Shown here piece after piece: positions 1-13,589 of a stretch of 64,000 nucleotides of DNA. Position numbers and translations under genes: made by a program. The notes below the pieces were generated by a model. It saw only the letters and a program-made list of their open reading frames with translations. It was not told the DNA's origin and searched no databases. The stretch is from positions 52,576,001-52,640,000 of the forward strand of contig OX597818.1 in NCBI GenBank assembly GCA_951406725.2, in the 5' to 3' direction. Position 1 is the first letter of the stretch, and the number at the start of each line of letters is the position of its first letter. This DNA comes from Octopus vulgaris (taxonomy: Eukaryota).

Positions 1-311
1 AACGTAACGGCAGACGAAATACGGCTACGCATTTCGCCCGGCGTGCTAACGTTTCTGCCAACTCGCCGCCAGTAATACATATTTCTTTATTACCCACAAG
101 GGGCTAAACATAGAGGGGACAAACATGGACAGACATAGGTATTAAGTCGATTATATCGATCCCAGTGTTTAACTGGTACTTAATTTATCGACCCCGAAAG
201 GATGAAAGGCAAAGTCGACCTCGGCGGAATTTGAACCCAGAACGTAACGGGCAGACGAAATACGGCTACGCATTTCGCCCGGCGTGCTAACGTTTCTGCC
301 AACTCGCCGCC
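1..311 (-). mobile_element. SINE family A, tandemly duplicated, truncated by window edge
   Basis: Reverse complement of the family-A head (ggcggcgagttggcagaaacgttagcacgccgggcgaaatgc ... gggttcaaattcc B box). The head plus flank 'agtaatac' recurs with ~240-bp period. Confidence 0.85.
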
Positions 312-1149
312 AGTAATACCATCCCATCCGTTATCAGTTATGGGGGTGGTGTGGAAAAGAATGAGAGACCATCGCAGGAGTAAAAAGAGAAGGTCGATGG
401 GTGAGATTGTGTGTGTGTGGGGTGGTGGGGGTGGGGGAGAAAATGTCTATAAAACACTTGAAGAGAATCCCACACCAGCGGGTAGGGAAAAAAAATGGCA
501 ATCCTGTGAACGAGCAACGAGCTGTGCTTTACAAAGTTGATACGATCATGATTCGCTACGTGGAGCTGATTTATAAAAAAGATTGGCAACGATAGAACAT
601 TGCTGAAAACCACACCAAGGGTCTATCAATGTATGAAACAGTAAAAAGGAAGCACCCCCACCCTACAAAAAACTCAAAAGTTCACGGGAACCTTTGGTTG
701 CACTCGGTTCCAAAACATCGGGTGGCAGGTAGGTAGAGTTGTAGGGTGGGGTGATCTGACATTCGGCTGATGATTTCTCATCTGTGTATGTGGGTCACCC
801 AATTTGTGTTCGGTTAAATTATACCATGTTTTAATCACTATGTTTTTTTTTTTTAAAATATATTTCTATTTAATATTTGCTCTATTTAAAAAAAAAATAT
901 TTATCAATTTTTCGCAGGCTCAGGGTAGAACGGTTCTATTCGTTCCTTCCTTCGTTTTTGTATAACTGTGTTTTGTCTATCCCCGAATGTTTTTGTAACC
1001 TCCATCTTTTAACATTTATTTGTGTGTATGAACACTCGTGGCCAAAAGAGAAATTACTTATGTTATTGTTATTAATAATGAAAGTATTGTTATTAATAAA
1101 GAAAGCATTATTATTAATAAACAAAGCATTATTATTATTCTACTATCAC

Positions 1150-1470
1150 ATTTAGGCTGGATATGGCCGTCAGTCGACTCCATTGTGAAGGTCGTCCCGC
1201 CGCTTTATTTTGGCTGGGAAAGGAGGCGGAGCGACCTTCCCTGGCTGGTGGGTATGGTGAAAGAAGCTGTCTGGTAAACGAGACTGAAAGACTGAAGACA
1301 GACACTCTCCTCTTTGGTCAAGCCTTCATCAGCGTTTTAAATTTCCAGTTAAAAAGCAAGGTAAGGGTGGAGAGAAGAGTGTTGCATACCCTACGCCATT
1401 AAATTTGTTGAAAAGTGGATGAATATAGCGAAGGTGGCTCGAGTGAGTGAGTGAATGATCCTATTCTGAA
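1150..1470 (+). mobile_element. Decayed L1/Tx1-like LINE, ORF2 C-terminal fragment
   Basis: Broken frames read SVDSIVKVVPP...MVKEAVW*TRL..LKTDTLLFGQAFISVLNFQLKSKVRVERRVL...KWMNIAKVARV. The end resembles VNVARMARMN at 24845. Clade assigned from recalled motif similarity. Confidence 0.55.
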
Positions 1471-1479
1471 CATAAATAA

Positions 1480-1717
1480 GTACCTATTTCTTTATTACCC
1501 ACAAGGGGCTAAACATAGAGGGGACAAACAAGGACAAACATAGGTATTAAGTCGATTACATCGACCCCAGTGCGAAACTGGTACTTAATTTATCGACCCC
1601 GAAAGGATGAAAGGAAAAGTCAACCTCGGCGGAATTTGAACTCACAACGTAACGACAGACGAAATACCGCTAAGCATTTCGCCCGGCGTGCTAACGTTTC
1701 TGCCAGCTCGCCGCCTT
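1480..1717 (-). mobile_element. SINE family A
   Basis: Full head-to-tail reverse-complement copy. 'gaacataaataagtacc' occurs on both sides (~1469 and ~1749). Confidence 0.9.
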
Positions 1718-1754
1718 ATAAATAAGTACCAGTTATTTTTATAAATAAGAACAT

Positions 1755-2440
1755 AAATAAGTACCAGTGACGCACTGGCGTCGATATAATCGACTAAGTC
1801 TCTTTGTCTGTCCTTGCTTGTCCCCTCTATGTTTGGTCCCCTGTGGGCAATAAAGAAATAAGAAATGTTAGCACACTGGAAGAAATGCTTGGCGGCATTT
1901 CGTCTGCCGTTACGTTCTGAGTTCAAATTCCGCCGAGGTCGACCTTGCCTTTCATCCTTTTGAGCATCGATAAATTAAGTACCAGTTGCGCACTGGGGTC
2001 GAGCTAATCGACTTAATCTGTTTGTCTGTCCTTGTTTGTCCTCTCTGTGTTTAGCCCCTTGTGAGTAGTAAAGAAATGGGTATTTCGTCTGCCGTTACGT
2101 TCTAGTTCAAATTCCACCGAGGTCGACCTTGCCTTTCATCCTTTCGAGAATCGATAAATTAAGTACCAGTTGCGCACTGGGGTCGAGCTAATCGACTTAA
2201 TCTGTTTGTCTGTCCTTGTTTGTCCTCTCTGTGTTTTGCCCCCTGTGGGTAGTAAAGAAATAAGTATTTCATCTGCCGTTACGTTCTGAGTTCAAATTCC
2301 GCCGAGGTCGACTTTGCCTTTCATCCTTTCGGGGTCGATTAAATAAGTACCAGTTACGCACGGGGATCGATGTAACCGACTTAATCCGTTTGTCTGTCCT
2401 TGTTTGTCCCCACTATGTTTAGCCCCTTGTGGGTAGTAAC
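1755..2440 (+). mobile_element. SINE family A, array of ~185-bp internal units
   Basis: Repeated unit gttctgagttcaaattccgccgaggtcgac...tcatcctttcggggtcgat...aagtaccag...gtccttgtttgtcc...ttgtgggtagtaaagaaat. Confidence 0.9.
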
Positions 2441-2504
2441 GTGCAAGTCATCGAATGACAGTAATATCAGCAACAATGACAAGAACAAGAAATAAAAAAA
2501 TAAA

Positions 2505-3250
2505 GAAATCACCACCGTCATAATCCTCGTCGTCGTCGTCATCATTGTAGTGGTCATCATCACTATTATCATCGGCGGCGGCGGCAGCGGTGCCGTTACC
2601 GTCATCATGATCATCATTAACATCACCATCACTGCTATCATAAACTGTCCCCACCACCACCACCACCAGCACCACTACCACCACAGCCGTCGCCGCCGCC
2701 ATCGCCGCCATCGCCGCCATCGCCGCCATCGCCGCCATCGCCGCCATCGCCGCCATCGCCGCCATCGCCGCCATCGCCGCCGCCGCTGCCATCGCCGCCA
2801 TCGCCGCCGCCGCCGCTGCCGCCATCACCACCATCGACACCGCTGCCGCCATCACCGCCATCGCCGCCGCTGCCGCAATCGCCGCCGCTGCCGCAATCGC
2901 CGCCGCTGCCGCAATCGCCGCCGCTGCCGCCATCGCTGCCGCCATCGTTGCCACCACCGCTGCCGCCGCCACCATCGCCGCCGCCGCCGCCGCCGCCGTC
3001 ACCGCCGCCGTCACCGCCGCCGTCACCGCCGCCACTATCGCCGCCGCCCCCACGACGACGTCCACCACCACCACCACCACCATAAACAACAACAACAACA
3101 GCACCACAACCCCCGCCGTCTCCGCCGTCGTATTAGTCGTCGTCGTCATCGCCGCCCTTCCCTTTCTTCTCCTCCTCCTCTCCTTCATCATCACCATCAT
3201 CATCAATCACAGCACCAACAGCAGCAACAGTTACAGCAGCTGCAATAACA
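2505..3250. repeat. GC-rich compound trinucleotide tract (CCG/CAT/CAC), including (CGCCGCCAT)n
   Basis: Directly visible. It accounts for the poly-Ala and poly-Arg/His ORFs. Confidence 0.9.
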
Positions 3251-3567
3251 TCAAGAACTGTAGCTTGGATAATAAGAGTTATCAATATCATGACTAAACA
3301 CTTGCATTCGTCCAAAAAACAACAACAACAACAACAACAGCAACAAAACCCCATATAAAACGAGTGAAACCTTTTATATAAAGGGACTTCGGGTAATAGT
3401 GCTTTTAGAAGACGAATGTTCGAGAAATTGCTGCTTTGTGTAGCTTTGTCGAGTTGTAAGATGGAGACGGCTACATGGGCGGGAGTAAAAGAGTGATTTA
3501 CCCATGATTTATAAATATATATATGTATATATATATATATATGTATGTATATATATATATATATGTA

Positions 3568-3910
3568 GTGAAGGCGCATGGCTCAGTGGTTAGAGCGTCG
3601 AGCTTACGATCGTGAGGTTGTGAGCTCGAATCCCTGACCGGGCTGCGTGTTGTGTTCTCGAGCAAGACACTTTACTTCACGTTGCTCCAGTTCACTCAAC
3701 TGTAGAAATGAGTTGCGACGTCACTGGTGCCAAGCTGTATCGACCTTTGTCTTTCCCTTGGATAACACTGGTGGCGTGGAGAGGGGAGGCTGGTATGCAT
3801 GGGCGACTGCTGGCCTTCCATAAACAACCTTGCCCGGACTTGTGTCTAGGAGGGTAACTTTCTAGGTGCAATCCCATGGTCATTCATGACCGAAGGGGGT
3901 CTTTACCCTT
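3568..3910 (+). mobile_element. SINE family D (tRNA head, CORE-like segment, tail W)
   Basis: A box tggctcagtgg and B-box-like gagctcgaatcc, then gtgttctcgagcaagacacttt. Flanked by (TA)n on both sides. Confidence 0.8.
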
Positions 3911-3913
3911 ATA

Positions 3914-4486
<573 letters not shown>

Positions 4487-4565
4487 ATAAATATTAGGGA
4501 ATAAATCCAAATTTACAGGGAAAAAAATCAGATTTAGGATTAAATCCAATTTTATAGTAAAATAT

Positions 4566-4704
4566 TATATAATATTAATTAGAGACAAAACCACTATTTT
4601 GCAAAACAAACAAGAAAAGACTTAATCAATACATAATGTATTGATTAAGTCTTTCCTTGTTTGTTTTGCAAAATAGTGGTTTTGTCTCTAATTAATATTA
4701 TATA
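4566..4704. repeat. 139-bp near-perfect palindrome, probable Penelope-like inverted terminus
   Basis: Arms 4566-4634 and 4636-4704, one mismatch, 1-nt centre. Lies between (TA)n tracts. Confidence 0.85.
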
Positions 4705-4936
4705 TGTATATATATATATATATATACACGTTATACTTTTTGATAGCATAATAAGGTTAGCTAGGATGATGTCTATATTACAATAACCAATAATATGTTA
4801 TGCGTGTATAGTATAATTACAATCACTAAATTAGCATGAGTTTGTCACACTCTTTCACGCGGAACCGCTAGGGACTTCTTGCAGGACCCTAGGGTTCCGG
4901 AGAACACCGGCTGAGAAACGCTGATATACTGTGTAC

Positions 4937-5495
4937 AGGCGTAGGCCTGGTTGTGTGGTATGAAGCTTGCTTCCTAAGCACAGGATTTCGGGTTCAGTCC
5001 CACTGCGTGGCTCCTTGGGCAAGTGTCTTCTACTGCAGCCTCGGGCCGACCAAGGCCTTGAGCAAGTGGCTGAGCATTACAGAGACACGTGTACCCTTAA
5101 CGCAGTTCTCGGGGAGATTCAGCTTGACACAGTGTGTGACAAGGCTTTGGTCGACGGAAATTGAAAGAAGCCTTTCGTGTATATATATATATATACATAT
5201 ATATGTATGTGTGTATGCATGTATGTATGTATGTATGTATGTATGCATGTATGTATGTGTGTGTGTGTGTGTGTGTGTATCTTTATGTCTGTGTTTGTCC
5301 TCCATCACTGCTTGACGTCCGGTGTTGATGTGTTAAAGTCCCCATAACTTAACGGTTCGGCAAGAGAGACGGATAGAATAAGTACTAGGCTTTAAAAAGG
5401 CAAATAGATCCTGGAGTACATTTTTTCGATTAGAAAAAATAAAAACTCTTCAAGGCGGTGCTCCAGCAAGGCCGTAGTGAAATGACTGAAACATT
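4937..5495 (+). mobile_element. SINE family B with an inverted ~85-bp SINE tail-X fragment (~5060-5145)
   Basis: Family-B sequence is interrupted by aagtggctgagcat...gtgacaagg, which matches 11136-11217. Confidence 0.8.
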
Positions 5496-5603
5496 TTCTT
5501 TCATCCGTTATGTTTAAACACACACACATTTTCTTTTTGTATATAACTCTGTAATGTCCTTTTCTTTCGCTGACCTTGTAGCAAAGAAACGAAATATGCA
5601 CAT

Positions 5604-5605
<2 letters not shown>

Positions 5606-5667
<62 letters not shown>

Positions 5668-5998
5668 GTCGTCGTCATCATCATCATCATCATTATCATC
5701 ATCGTCATCGTCATCATCAACATCATCATCGTCATCATCATCATCGTCATCATCATCATCATCATCATCATCATCGTCATCATCATCATCATCATCGTCA
5801 TCATCGTCATCATCATCATCATCGTCATCATCATCATCATCATCATCACTCTCATCATCATCATCATCATCGTCATCATCGTCATCATCATCATCATCAT
5901 CATCACTCTCATCATCATCATCATCATCATCACTCTCATCATCATCATCATCATCATCATCATCGTCATCATCATCATCATCATCATCGTCATCATCG

Positions 5999-6063
<65 letters not shown>

Positions 6064-6311
6064 GTCATCATCATCATCATCATCGTCATCATCGTCATCA
6101 TCATCATCATCGTCATCATCATTATCATCATCATCACTCTCATCATCATCATCATCGTCATCATCGTCATCATCACTCTCATCATCATCATCATCATCAT
6201 CATCATCGTCATCATCGTCATCATCATCACTCTCATCATCATCATCATCATCATCATCATCGTCATCGTCATCGTCATCATCGTCATCATCATCATCATC
6301 ATCATCGTCAA

Positions 6312-6351
<40 letters not shown>

Positions 6352-6480
6352 GTCGTCATCGTCATCATCATTACTCTCATCATCATCATCATCGTCATCG
6401 TCATCATCGTCATCGTTATCATCATCATCATCATCATCATCGTCGTCATCATCATCATCATCATCATCGTCATCATCATT
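5606..6480. repeat. ~870-bp (ATC)n microsatellite with GTC and ACTCTC interruptions
   Basis: Directly visible. It is the source of the poly-Ile and poly-Met ORFs. Confidence 0.95.
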
Positions 6481-6924
6481 ATGCTTTTCCTGCCCTTCTC
6501 TTCGCCGCCAACATCCTCCTCTTCCACATCGTCGTCATCATCACCAACACGACGTCCTCCACAGTTTCGTGTGCGTTTCTGTTGCACTTGCAGAGACATC
6601 CAGTTTCCGAGGCGTGCCTCTCTACATTATCATCTCTGTGCGCTGCAGGGTCGTGCTTTTCTTTCTCCTGGGGTTTGTTTTCTTGTTCCTGGTGTTATTT
6701 TCGTGTCGTTTCGTCTATTTATTTACTGCAGAAGAAAGTTTGCAATCCTTCTGCTTCGTATATGTTCTGTGAATTATGTTACCATGTTTCGGTAGCCTGT
6801 TATGATTGTGTAGTGTATATACTATTTGCATATGTGTGAGTGTGTGTGTGTTGTATTTTATTACAGGGTGGCAATTATATAAGAGGCGAGTTGTATAAAT
6901 TATTGAGAACATGGGAGTGTTAAT

Positions 6925-7164
6925 GCTGGTTTCAAATTTTGGAACATGGCCAGCAATTTCGGCGAAGTGATGTGAGAGGTGGGGTGGAAGGCTAAGTCGA
7001 TCGCATCGACCCCGCTACTCAACGGGTAGTTATTTTATCAACACCGAAATGTTGAAAGGCGAGAGTTGACCTCAGCGTAATTTGAACCCAGAACGTAAAG
7101 GCAGACGAAATGCCGCTAAGCATTTTGCCCGGCGTACATAACGATTCTGCCAACTCGTTGCCTT
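6925..7164 (-). mobile_element. SINE family A, diverged short-tail variant
   Basis: Reverse complement of the head and central domain with a tail ending ...aaatttgaaaccagc. Confidence 0.8.
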
Positions 7165-7296
7165 AACAAGTATAAATATTTTCGAATGCCAGTTATGTCA
7201 GAATATGTCTCGTAATATTTAATTGGGGATGGAATTACATTGTGTAGAATGTGTGTTGTATGGGCTGTTGTATTATTGGGTGGTTATTTTGTAGCA

Positions 7297-7693
<397 letters not shown>

Positions 7694-7724
7694 CCAAGTA
7701 ACCTAGCTAGCTAACCATCCGGTA

Positions 7725-8125
7725 GTACGACTCTCCCGGACCAATGAAATTCTTCCACGTCAGAAGTCCCGATCTTCTGTAGCAGATTTCATATGCTCAA
7801 CTTGATATCTAGAATCTTCAACAGGCATCAATACATGCGGTTCTTGATCTGCCAATACCTGTATGTCCATGCATAGGTTCCCAGAGAAGGCGATCACTGG
7901 ATATTTCATCCTTGCTTCTCCGGAAATGTCCTGCACAACGCGCTAATCTTTCCCTGATTACTGAAACGGTGGTAGGAAGACTGCCATACAGCCACTGCTT
8001 CATATGGTGTTGCTGTCAAGAAATATCGAAAACTGCACGAAGCATTTATATGCATGTACTCTCAAGTTTCTTTTCAAGTTTCTTTTTGAGCCACTCCTGC
8101 ACCTATGTGGATGAGAAACAACTTT
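7725..8125 (-). mobile_element. Decayed RTE-clade LINE, ORF C-terminal fragment
   Basis: LYGSLPTTVSVIRERLARCAGHFRRSKDEISSDRLLWEPMHGHTGIGRSR matches the RTE pattern RL..AGH..R...LLW.P..G.R..GRP. Upstream MLRAVFDIS. Confidence 0.75.
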
Positions 8126-8242
8126 CTTACCACGTAGCCCATTTTTTGGTACTTGCATGCTTAATACATCGTATTAAAATTAGATTTGTATCATTTATAT
8201 ACGACTAGCAGTATCGCGTCTTGTAATACTTTTGATATCAAA

Positions 8243-8490
8243 CTAGCAGTATCGCCCGGCGTTGCTCGGGTTTGTAAGGGAAATAACTATATAAGCATTT
8301 TTAGAGAGTTATAGCCAAAAAATAGCAAAAAAATGTATTAAAAATGGAAAAAAAATGATGGTAAACTTTTTTAAAAATCGTTGACTCATCGTAGACATTT
8401 TTAGAGAGTTACTTTCCTTATATAATAGCGAAAAAATGCATTAAAATGGAAAAAAATGATGGTAATTTTTTTTTAAATCGTAGACTCATC
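8243..8490 (-). mobile_element. Helitron-like non-autonomous element, 3' end
   Basis: Minus strand ends acccgagcaacgccgggcgatactgCTAG|T: GC hairpin ~8 nt before CTAG followed by T. Has an internal ~100-bp direct repeat and a stub of the same end at 8204-8217. Confidence 0.7.
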
Positions 8491-8697
8491 GGGGGACAAG
8501 AAACAGGAAGAAAGAGTGAGAGAGAAAATTGGGGCGAAAGAGTACAACAGGGGTCGCCACCACCCCCTGCCGGAGCCTCGTGGAACTTTAGGTATTTTCG
8601 CTCAATAAACCACACACAACGCCCGGTCTGGGAATCGAAACCACGAACCTCCGACCGCGAGTCCGCTGCCCTAACCATTGGGCCATTGCGCCTCCAC
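8490..8697 (-). mobile_element. SINE family C (tRNA-Arg-like head)
   Basis: Minus strand reads ggaggcgcaatggcccaatggttagggcagcggacTCGcggtc...gtttcgattccc. Confidence 0.85.
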
Positions 8698-9358
8698 TGT
8701 TGTTGATGATGATTATGTCATTCTTGCTTACCCACAAATCAGCCATCTTCGACGAAAGCTATAGCCAAAGGTGTTTCAGCTGTGAACATACAGTTCACTC
8801 TAAACCACGTTATGAAATGTGTTCTTTCTTTTCTTTTCTAAATCGGTTCGGGCGTGCTTTGAATGAGGCTGGGATGATATTTCTTGTAGGGTGAGACACT
8901 GCACATAGCTTGGCTCACTGAGGTTTTCAGGGCGGAAAAATAGTGATATTATTTTAAATTACCGTTGGAACCTGTCATATTTTGTAATAATATTTGTAAT
9001 AGATTTATCTAATATATCTGTTTACATTTTCGTCAGAATAATCGTTTCTGCACAATGTGTTGCTTGTGTCAGTTATATACCCATGGGAGAATTAGGAAGA
9101 TTGCAGTTTCCTATTGAATTTTATAAGAGAAGTTTAAAACAGAATCGGCAAATTTAGCGAGGAAGTTGATTGTTGTTATCAGAGTAATGGTGGAGAGATA
9201 CAGGGAAGAGAAGGAAGAAGTTAAGCTCAGCTTGATATTGCAGTACACACGCACACACACACGCACAAATAAACTCACACACAAACACGCACACATATGC
9301 CTGTCTCCAAGCAAGAAGCTATTTGTAGCTTGTATCTTTATACTGTGTGTACATTAAA

Positions 9359-9421
<63 letters not shown>

Positions 9422-9682
9422 CATGTATATATATATATAATTTTTGTTCGAATTTATTTCAATTGAATTTAAACTTAACTGTAATTCGAATTTAATTATA
9501 GCCATGAAACGTACGTAGTGCTTTTACTTATATTATATTTATCATTCTTTTTATACTTTTGAATATATATATATATTATATATTATATATTATATTAATT
9601 ATATTTATATTATTTGTTATTTATGTATTGATTTATGTCTATCCCTGTTTGAGTTGCATAATAGTGGTTTTATCTCTAATTC

Positions 9683-9718
<36 letters not shown>

Positions 9719-9955
9719 GCTTCCCTTACGTTGAAGGTAATGTTATTTCTTCTGTGGAAACAATCTTCGGTGGCTATACCAGAATAAGGAGCTATTTCTA
9801 GCACTAGAGTTAGCCACTTAACGTTAACTCTCTTATATTTATGTATAAATTTGTACTGTCTCCCTGGTTTCTATGTGCTAGGTCACTTGGTGTTAAACTG
9901 ACGGTATTATTAAATTAATATCTAATTTTTCACCCTCATTTATGAATTTATAAAA

Positions 9956-10000
<45 letters not shown>

Positions 10001-10001
<1 letters not shown>

Positions 10002-10340
10002 CGTATTTGATGGCCTATAAATCGCACGAGTGCCTAGAACACACCCTAGCCTAGGCTATACTTTTGTAAAATAAATGACCACGAAAATAATATTTTAATT
10101 CCTCCACTTGACTGTATAACTCTATGTTATTACAGGCAATTATAAACAATTTATTGCATCCTCATTCGATATAAACATATACCGTATGCGATTGTTCATC
10201 AATAGATGACAGCATACGTTTTGTAGACATGCATATAGTTTTGAGCGAGTTTTGAGCCTACTTTGAGAGCATTCGACGCAGGGGATTTTAAAAGCCATTT
10301 TGGTGTTAAAAAGATACGTCTCATAGGCCATCAAGTACGG
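10001..10340. mobile_element. MITE with CCGTA... terminal inverted repeats (pogo/Tc1-mariner superfamily-like)
   Basis: ccgtatttgatggcctata ... cataggccatcaagtacgg (17/19 inverted match). Lies between (TA)n tracts. The expected TA target duplication is degenerate. Confidence 0.7.
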
Positions 10341-10346
10341 GATATA

Positions 10347-10391
<45 letters not shown>

Positions 10392-11054
10392 CGTACATTG
10401 GGAAAGTAAATCCTCATTTACTTTCCCAATGAAACTCGGTTTTTTCTCAAACTTTTTCTCAAACCTGTTATAATGTGATACAGTGATACAAGTCTTTGGT
10501 GTGGCAATTGTACGCGGCTGAAGAAGGCTTTTGATCTACCTGTTATATCAACTATGCATTGATATAAGAACAAGTTGTTCAATAAAACCCGAAACATATG
10601 TACCGCAAAATCATTTGCGTCCTGTTTTGCATTTACTTCATTTGATACATATATCCTATCACCTATGCCACTAGCTGGCATATACAGGTGCTTACATTTA
10701 TCAAGTATTCACCCTGAATTTATACACACACACACACACATATATATATATATTTATAAAGTTAATCCAAACATGAAAAACAAAGAGAAAACACAGCAAC
10801 GCGATGGTGTCCCCACCACGGTCGCTGTCAAATGACTGAAACAAGTACAGCATTCACATCCGTGACTATTTTATTTTTTGCTTGGACAGGCATGCCACCC
10901 AATTTTAGGAGAGCAGACTATGATTTGAGGAAGGACTTGCTGCTATTTCTAGCAAATTAAGAAACCACATACTCGCATCCTCTTTTCCGGCTTCACATTC
11001 AGTTGAAGAGTGAGAGAAAGTTGTGGTGAAAGAGTACGCTGCCCTGGATATATA

Positions 11055-11443
11055 TGGAAGCACTCCGTCGGTTACGACGATGAAGGTTCCGGTTGATCCG
11101 AATCAACGGTACAGCCTGCTCGTGAAATTAACGTGTAAGTGGCTGAGCACTCCACAGACACGTGTACCCTTAACGTAGTTCTCGAGGATATTCAGCGTGA
11201 CACAGAGAGTGACAAGGCCGGCCCTTTGAAATACAGGTACAACAGAAACAGGAAGTAAGAATGAGAGAAAGTTGTGGTGAAAGAGTACAGCAGGGATCAC
11301 CACCATCCTCTGCCGGAGCCTCGTGGAGCTTTTTTAGGTGTTTTCGCTCAATAAACATTCACAACGCCCGGTCTGGGAATCGAAACCGCGATCCTACGAC
11401 CGAGAGTCCGCTGCCCTAACCACTGGGCCATTGTGCCTCCACT
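11055..11443 (-). mobile_element. SINE family C head with tail X
   Basis: Family-C head at ~11245-11443. The tail matches 42530-42690. Confidence 0.85.
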
Positions 11444-11657
11444 GCAGTTGTTGCTGTTCTTCTTGTCGTTGTTGTGGTTCTTGTTGATGATGACGAAGAC
11501 GGCGGCGGCGGCGGCAATAAGGATGATGACGGTGATGATGATGACGATACTGCTGCTGGTGGTAATGATGAAAATGATGATGATTTCTTTTCTTTTGTTT
11601 CTTGTGTTGTTATTGGTGTTGATATTATTGTTACTGATGATAATATTTATCATTGTT

Positions 11658-12277
11658 AAGGCGGCGAGCTGGCAGAATCGTTAGCACGCCGGGCGAAATG
11701 TTTAGTGGTATTTCGTTTGCCGTTACGTTCTGTGTTCAGATTCCGCCGAGGTCGACTTTGCCTTTCATCCTTTCGGGGTCGATTAAATAAGTACCAGTTA
11801 CGCACTGGGGTCGATATAATCGACTTAATCCGTTTGTCTGTCCTTGTTTGTCCCCTCTGTGTTTAGCCCCTTGTGGGTAGTAAAGAAGTAGGTATTTCGT
11901 CTGCTGCTACGTTCTGAGTTCAAATTCCGCTGAGGTCGACTTTGCCTTTCATCCTTTCGAGGTCGATTAAATATGTACCAGTTCCGCACAGGGTCGATGT
12001 CATCGACTTAATCCCTTTGTCTGTCCTTGTTTGCCCCCTCTATGTTTAGCCCCTTGTGGGCAATAAAGAAATAAGAATCGTTAGCACGCCGGCAAAATGC
12101 TTAGCGGCATTTCGTCCGTCTTTACGTTCTGAGTTCAAATTCCGCCGAGGTCGACTCTTGCCTCTCATTCTTTCGGGGTCAATAAAATAAGTACCAGTTG
12201 AGCACTGGGGTCGATATAATCGACTTACCGCCTCTCCCAAAATTGCTAGCCTTGAACCAAATTCTGAAGCCAATATT
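11658..12277 (+). mobile_element. SINE family A, full head plus three internal units
   Basis: aaggcggcgagctggcagaatcgttagcacgccgggcgaaatg followed by repeated units and the short tail. Confidence 0.9.
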
Positions 12278-12391
12278 TACGTTTGTTTTGTTAGAACTTT
12301 CCACTGACATTTCAACCAATTCTATCTTCGTCTTCTTGATGTTAATATTTCTACCTCGTTCACATTACATTTCAGTATTTTCCTTCTTGCT

Positions 12392-12647
12392 TTAAGAGTC
12401 TTCGTTGTTGCTATTATTGTTGTTTCTGCTGTTGTCATTGGCAAAGTTTTCGTTGCCATTGTTGCTCTTTCTACAGATGCTGTTTTCGGTCTCATGACCG
12501 AGATGTTCAATAGCATTACTAGAATTCTCAGAGCTAACACCAATGAAAGGGAAGCGCCGCATTTGGTTGGTACTGCTTTTAGACTGTTTGTTTAGAGCCA
12601 AGTTTCTCAGTCGTTGAAAGATGGTTTGCTTAGTTTTACTTGTGAAA
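12392..12647 (-). CDS. Candidate terminal coding exon, product unknown
   Basis: Non-repetitive. Acceptor-like tctctccgccatttctcgacaacAG, then a phase-2 open frame (x)FTSKTKQTIFQRLRNLALNKQSKSSTNQMRRFPFIGVSSENSS...NNEDS*. No recognised homology. Confidence 0.35.
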
Positions 12648-12939
12648 CTGTTGTCGAGAAATGGCGGAGAGATATTAAATTATCGGCATATATAGCTGTA
12701 CCCATGATTTGAAAGAATGTTGCAAAGTCGGATATAAATTACAAGGTGTGAGTGAGAAGGCAGATCTTTCTGGTATGTTGTTTGAACATTTAAAATTGAA
12801 GATATGTTACTAATTTACTCTTAATAAACTTACCAATCTGTCAAGTAGTTTGTTAGTGTTATGTTATGTACTGTTTCTTAAGGTGGTCCAAATATTTCTT
12901 GCCTAGGGTCACAGTAAAATCCATGTGTGATATTGAGTG

Positions 12940-13092
12940 CAGTTAGGATGGTGACTGTGTGGTAAAGAAGCTTAATTCTCAACCATATGATCTTGGGTTC
13001 AGTTCCACTGCGTGGTACCTTGGACAGGTGTTTTTTACTATTGCCCCGGGAAAGATCAAAGCCTTGTGAGCGAATTTGGTAGACGGAAACAC

Positions 13093-13123
<31 letters not shown>

Positions 13124-13582
13124 CATACATACATACATACATACATACAGGCGCAGGAGTGGCTGTGTGGTAAGTTGCTTGCTAACCAACCACATGGTTC
13201 CGGGTTCAGTCCCACTGCGTGGCATCTTGGGCAAGTGTCTTCTGCTATAGCTCCGGGCCGACCAATGCCTTGTGAGTGGATTTGGTAAGAAGCCTGTCGT
13301 ATATATGTATATATATATATATGAAAGAAGCCTGTCGTATATATGTATATATATATATATATATGTTTGTGTGTGTGTGTTTGTGTTTGTCCCCCTAGCA
13401 TTGCTCGACAACCGATGCTGGTGTGTTTACGTCCCCGTCACTTAGCGGTTCAGCAAAAGAGACCGATAGAACAAGTACTGGGCTTACAAAGAATAAGTCC
13501 CGGGGTCGATTTGCTCGACTAAAGGCGGTGCTCCAGCATGGCCGCAGTCAAATGACTGAAACAAGTAAAAGAGTAAAAGAGT
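12940..13582 (+). mobile_element. Two SINE family B copies (partial 12940-13090, full 13149-13582)
   Basis: Family-B head and 3' module, separated by (TACA)n. Confidence 0.9.
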
Positions 13583-13589
13583 ATACATG

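Noticed and set aside
2448-3248. 252-aa poly-Ala and 232-aa Arg/His-rich (protamine-like) ORFs
   Set aside because: Stop-free in several frames because of CCG/CAT repeats. There is no unique coding context or splice evidence.
4850-4923. hAT-like MITE end (also ~50630-50680)
   Set aside because: No matching opposite terminus or 8-bp target duplication identified.
5514-6795. 361-aa poly-Met and 413-aa poly-Ile ORFs
   Set aside because: Translations of the (ATC)n microsatellite.
10418-10681. 87-aa non-repetitive ORF
   Set aside because: No recognisable motif or convincing splice context. Length is compatible with chance.
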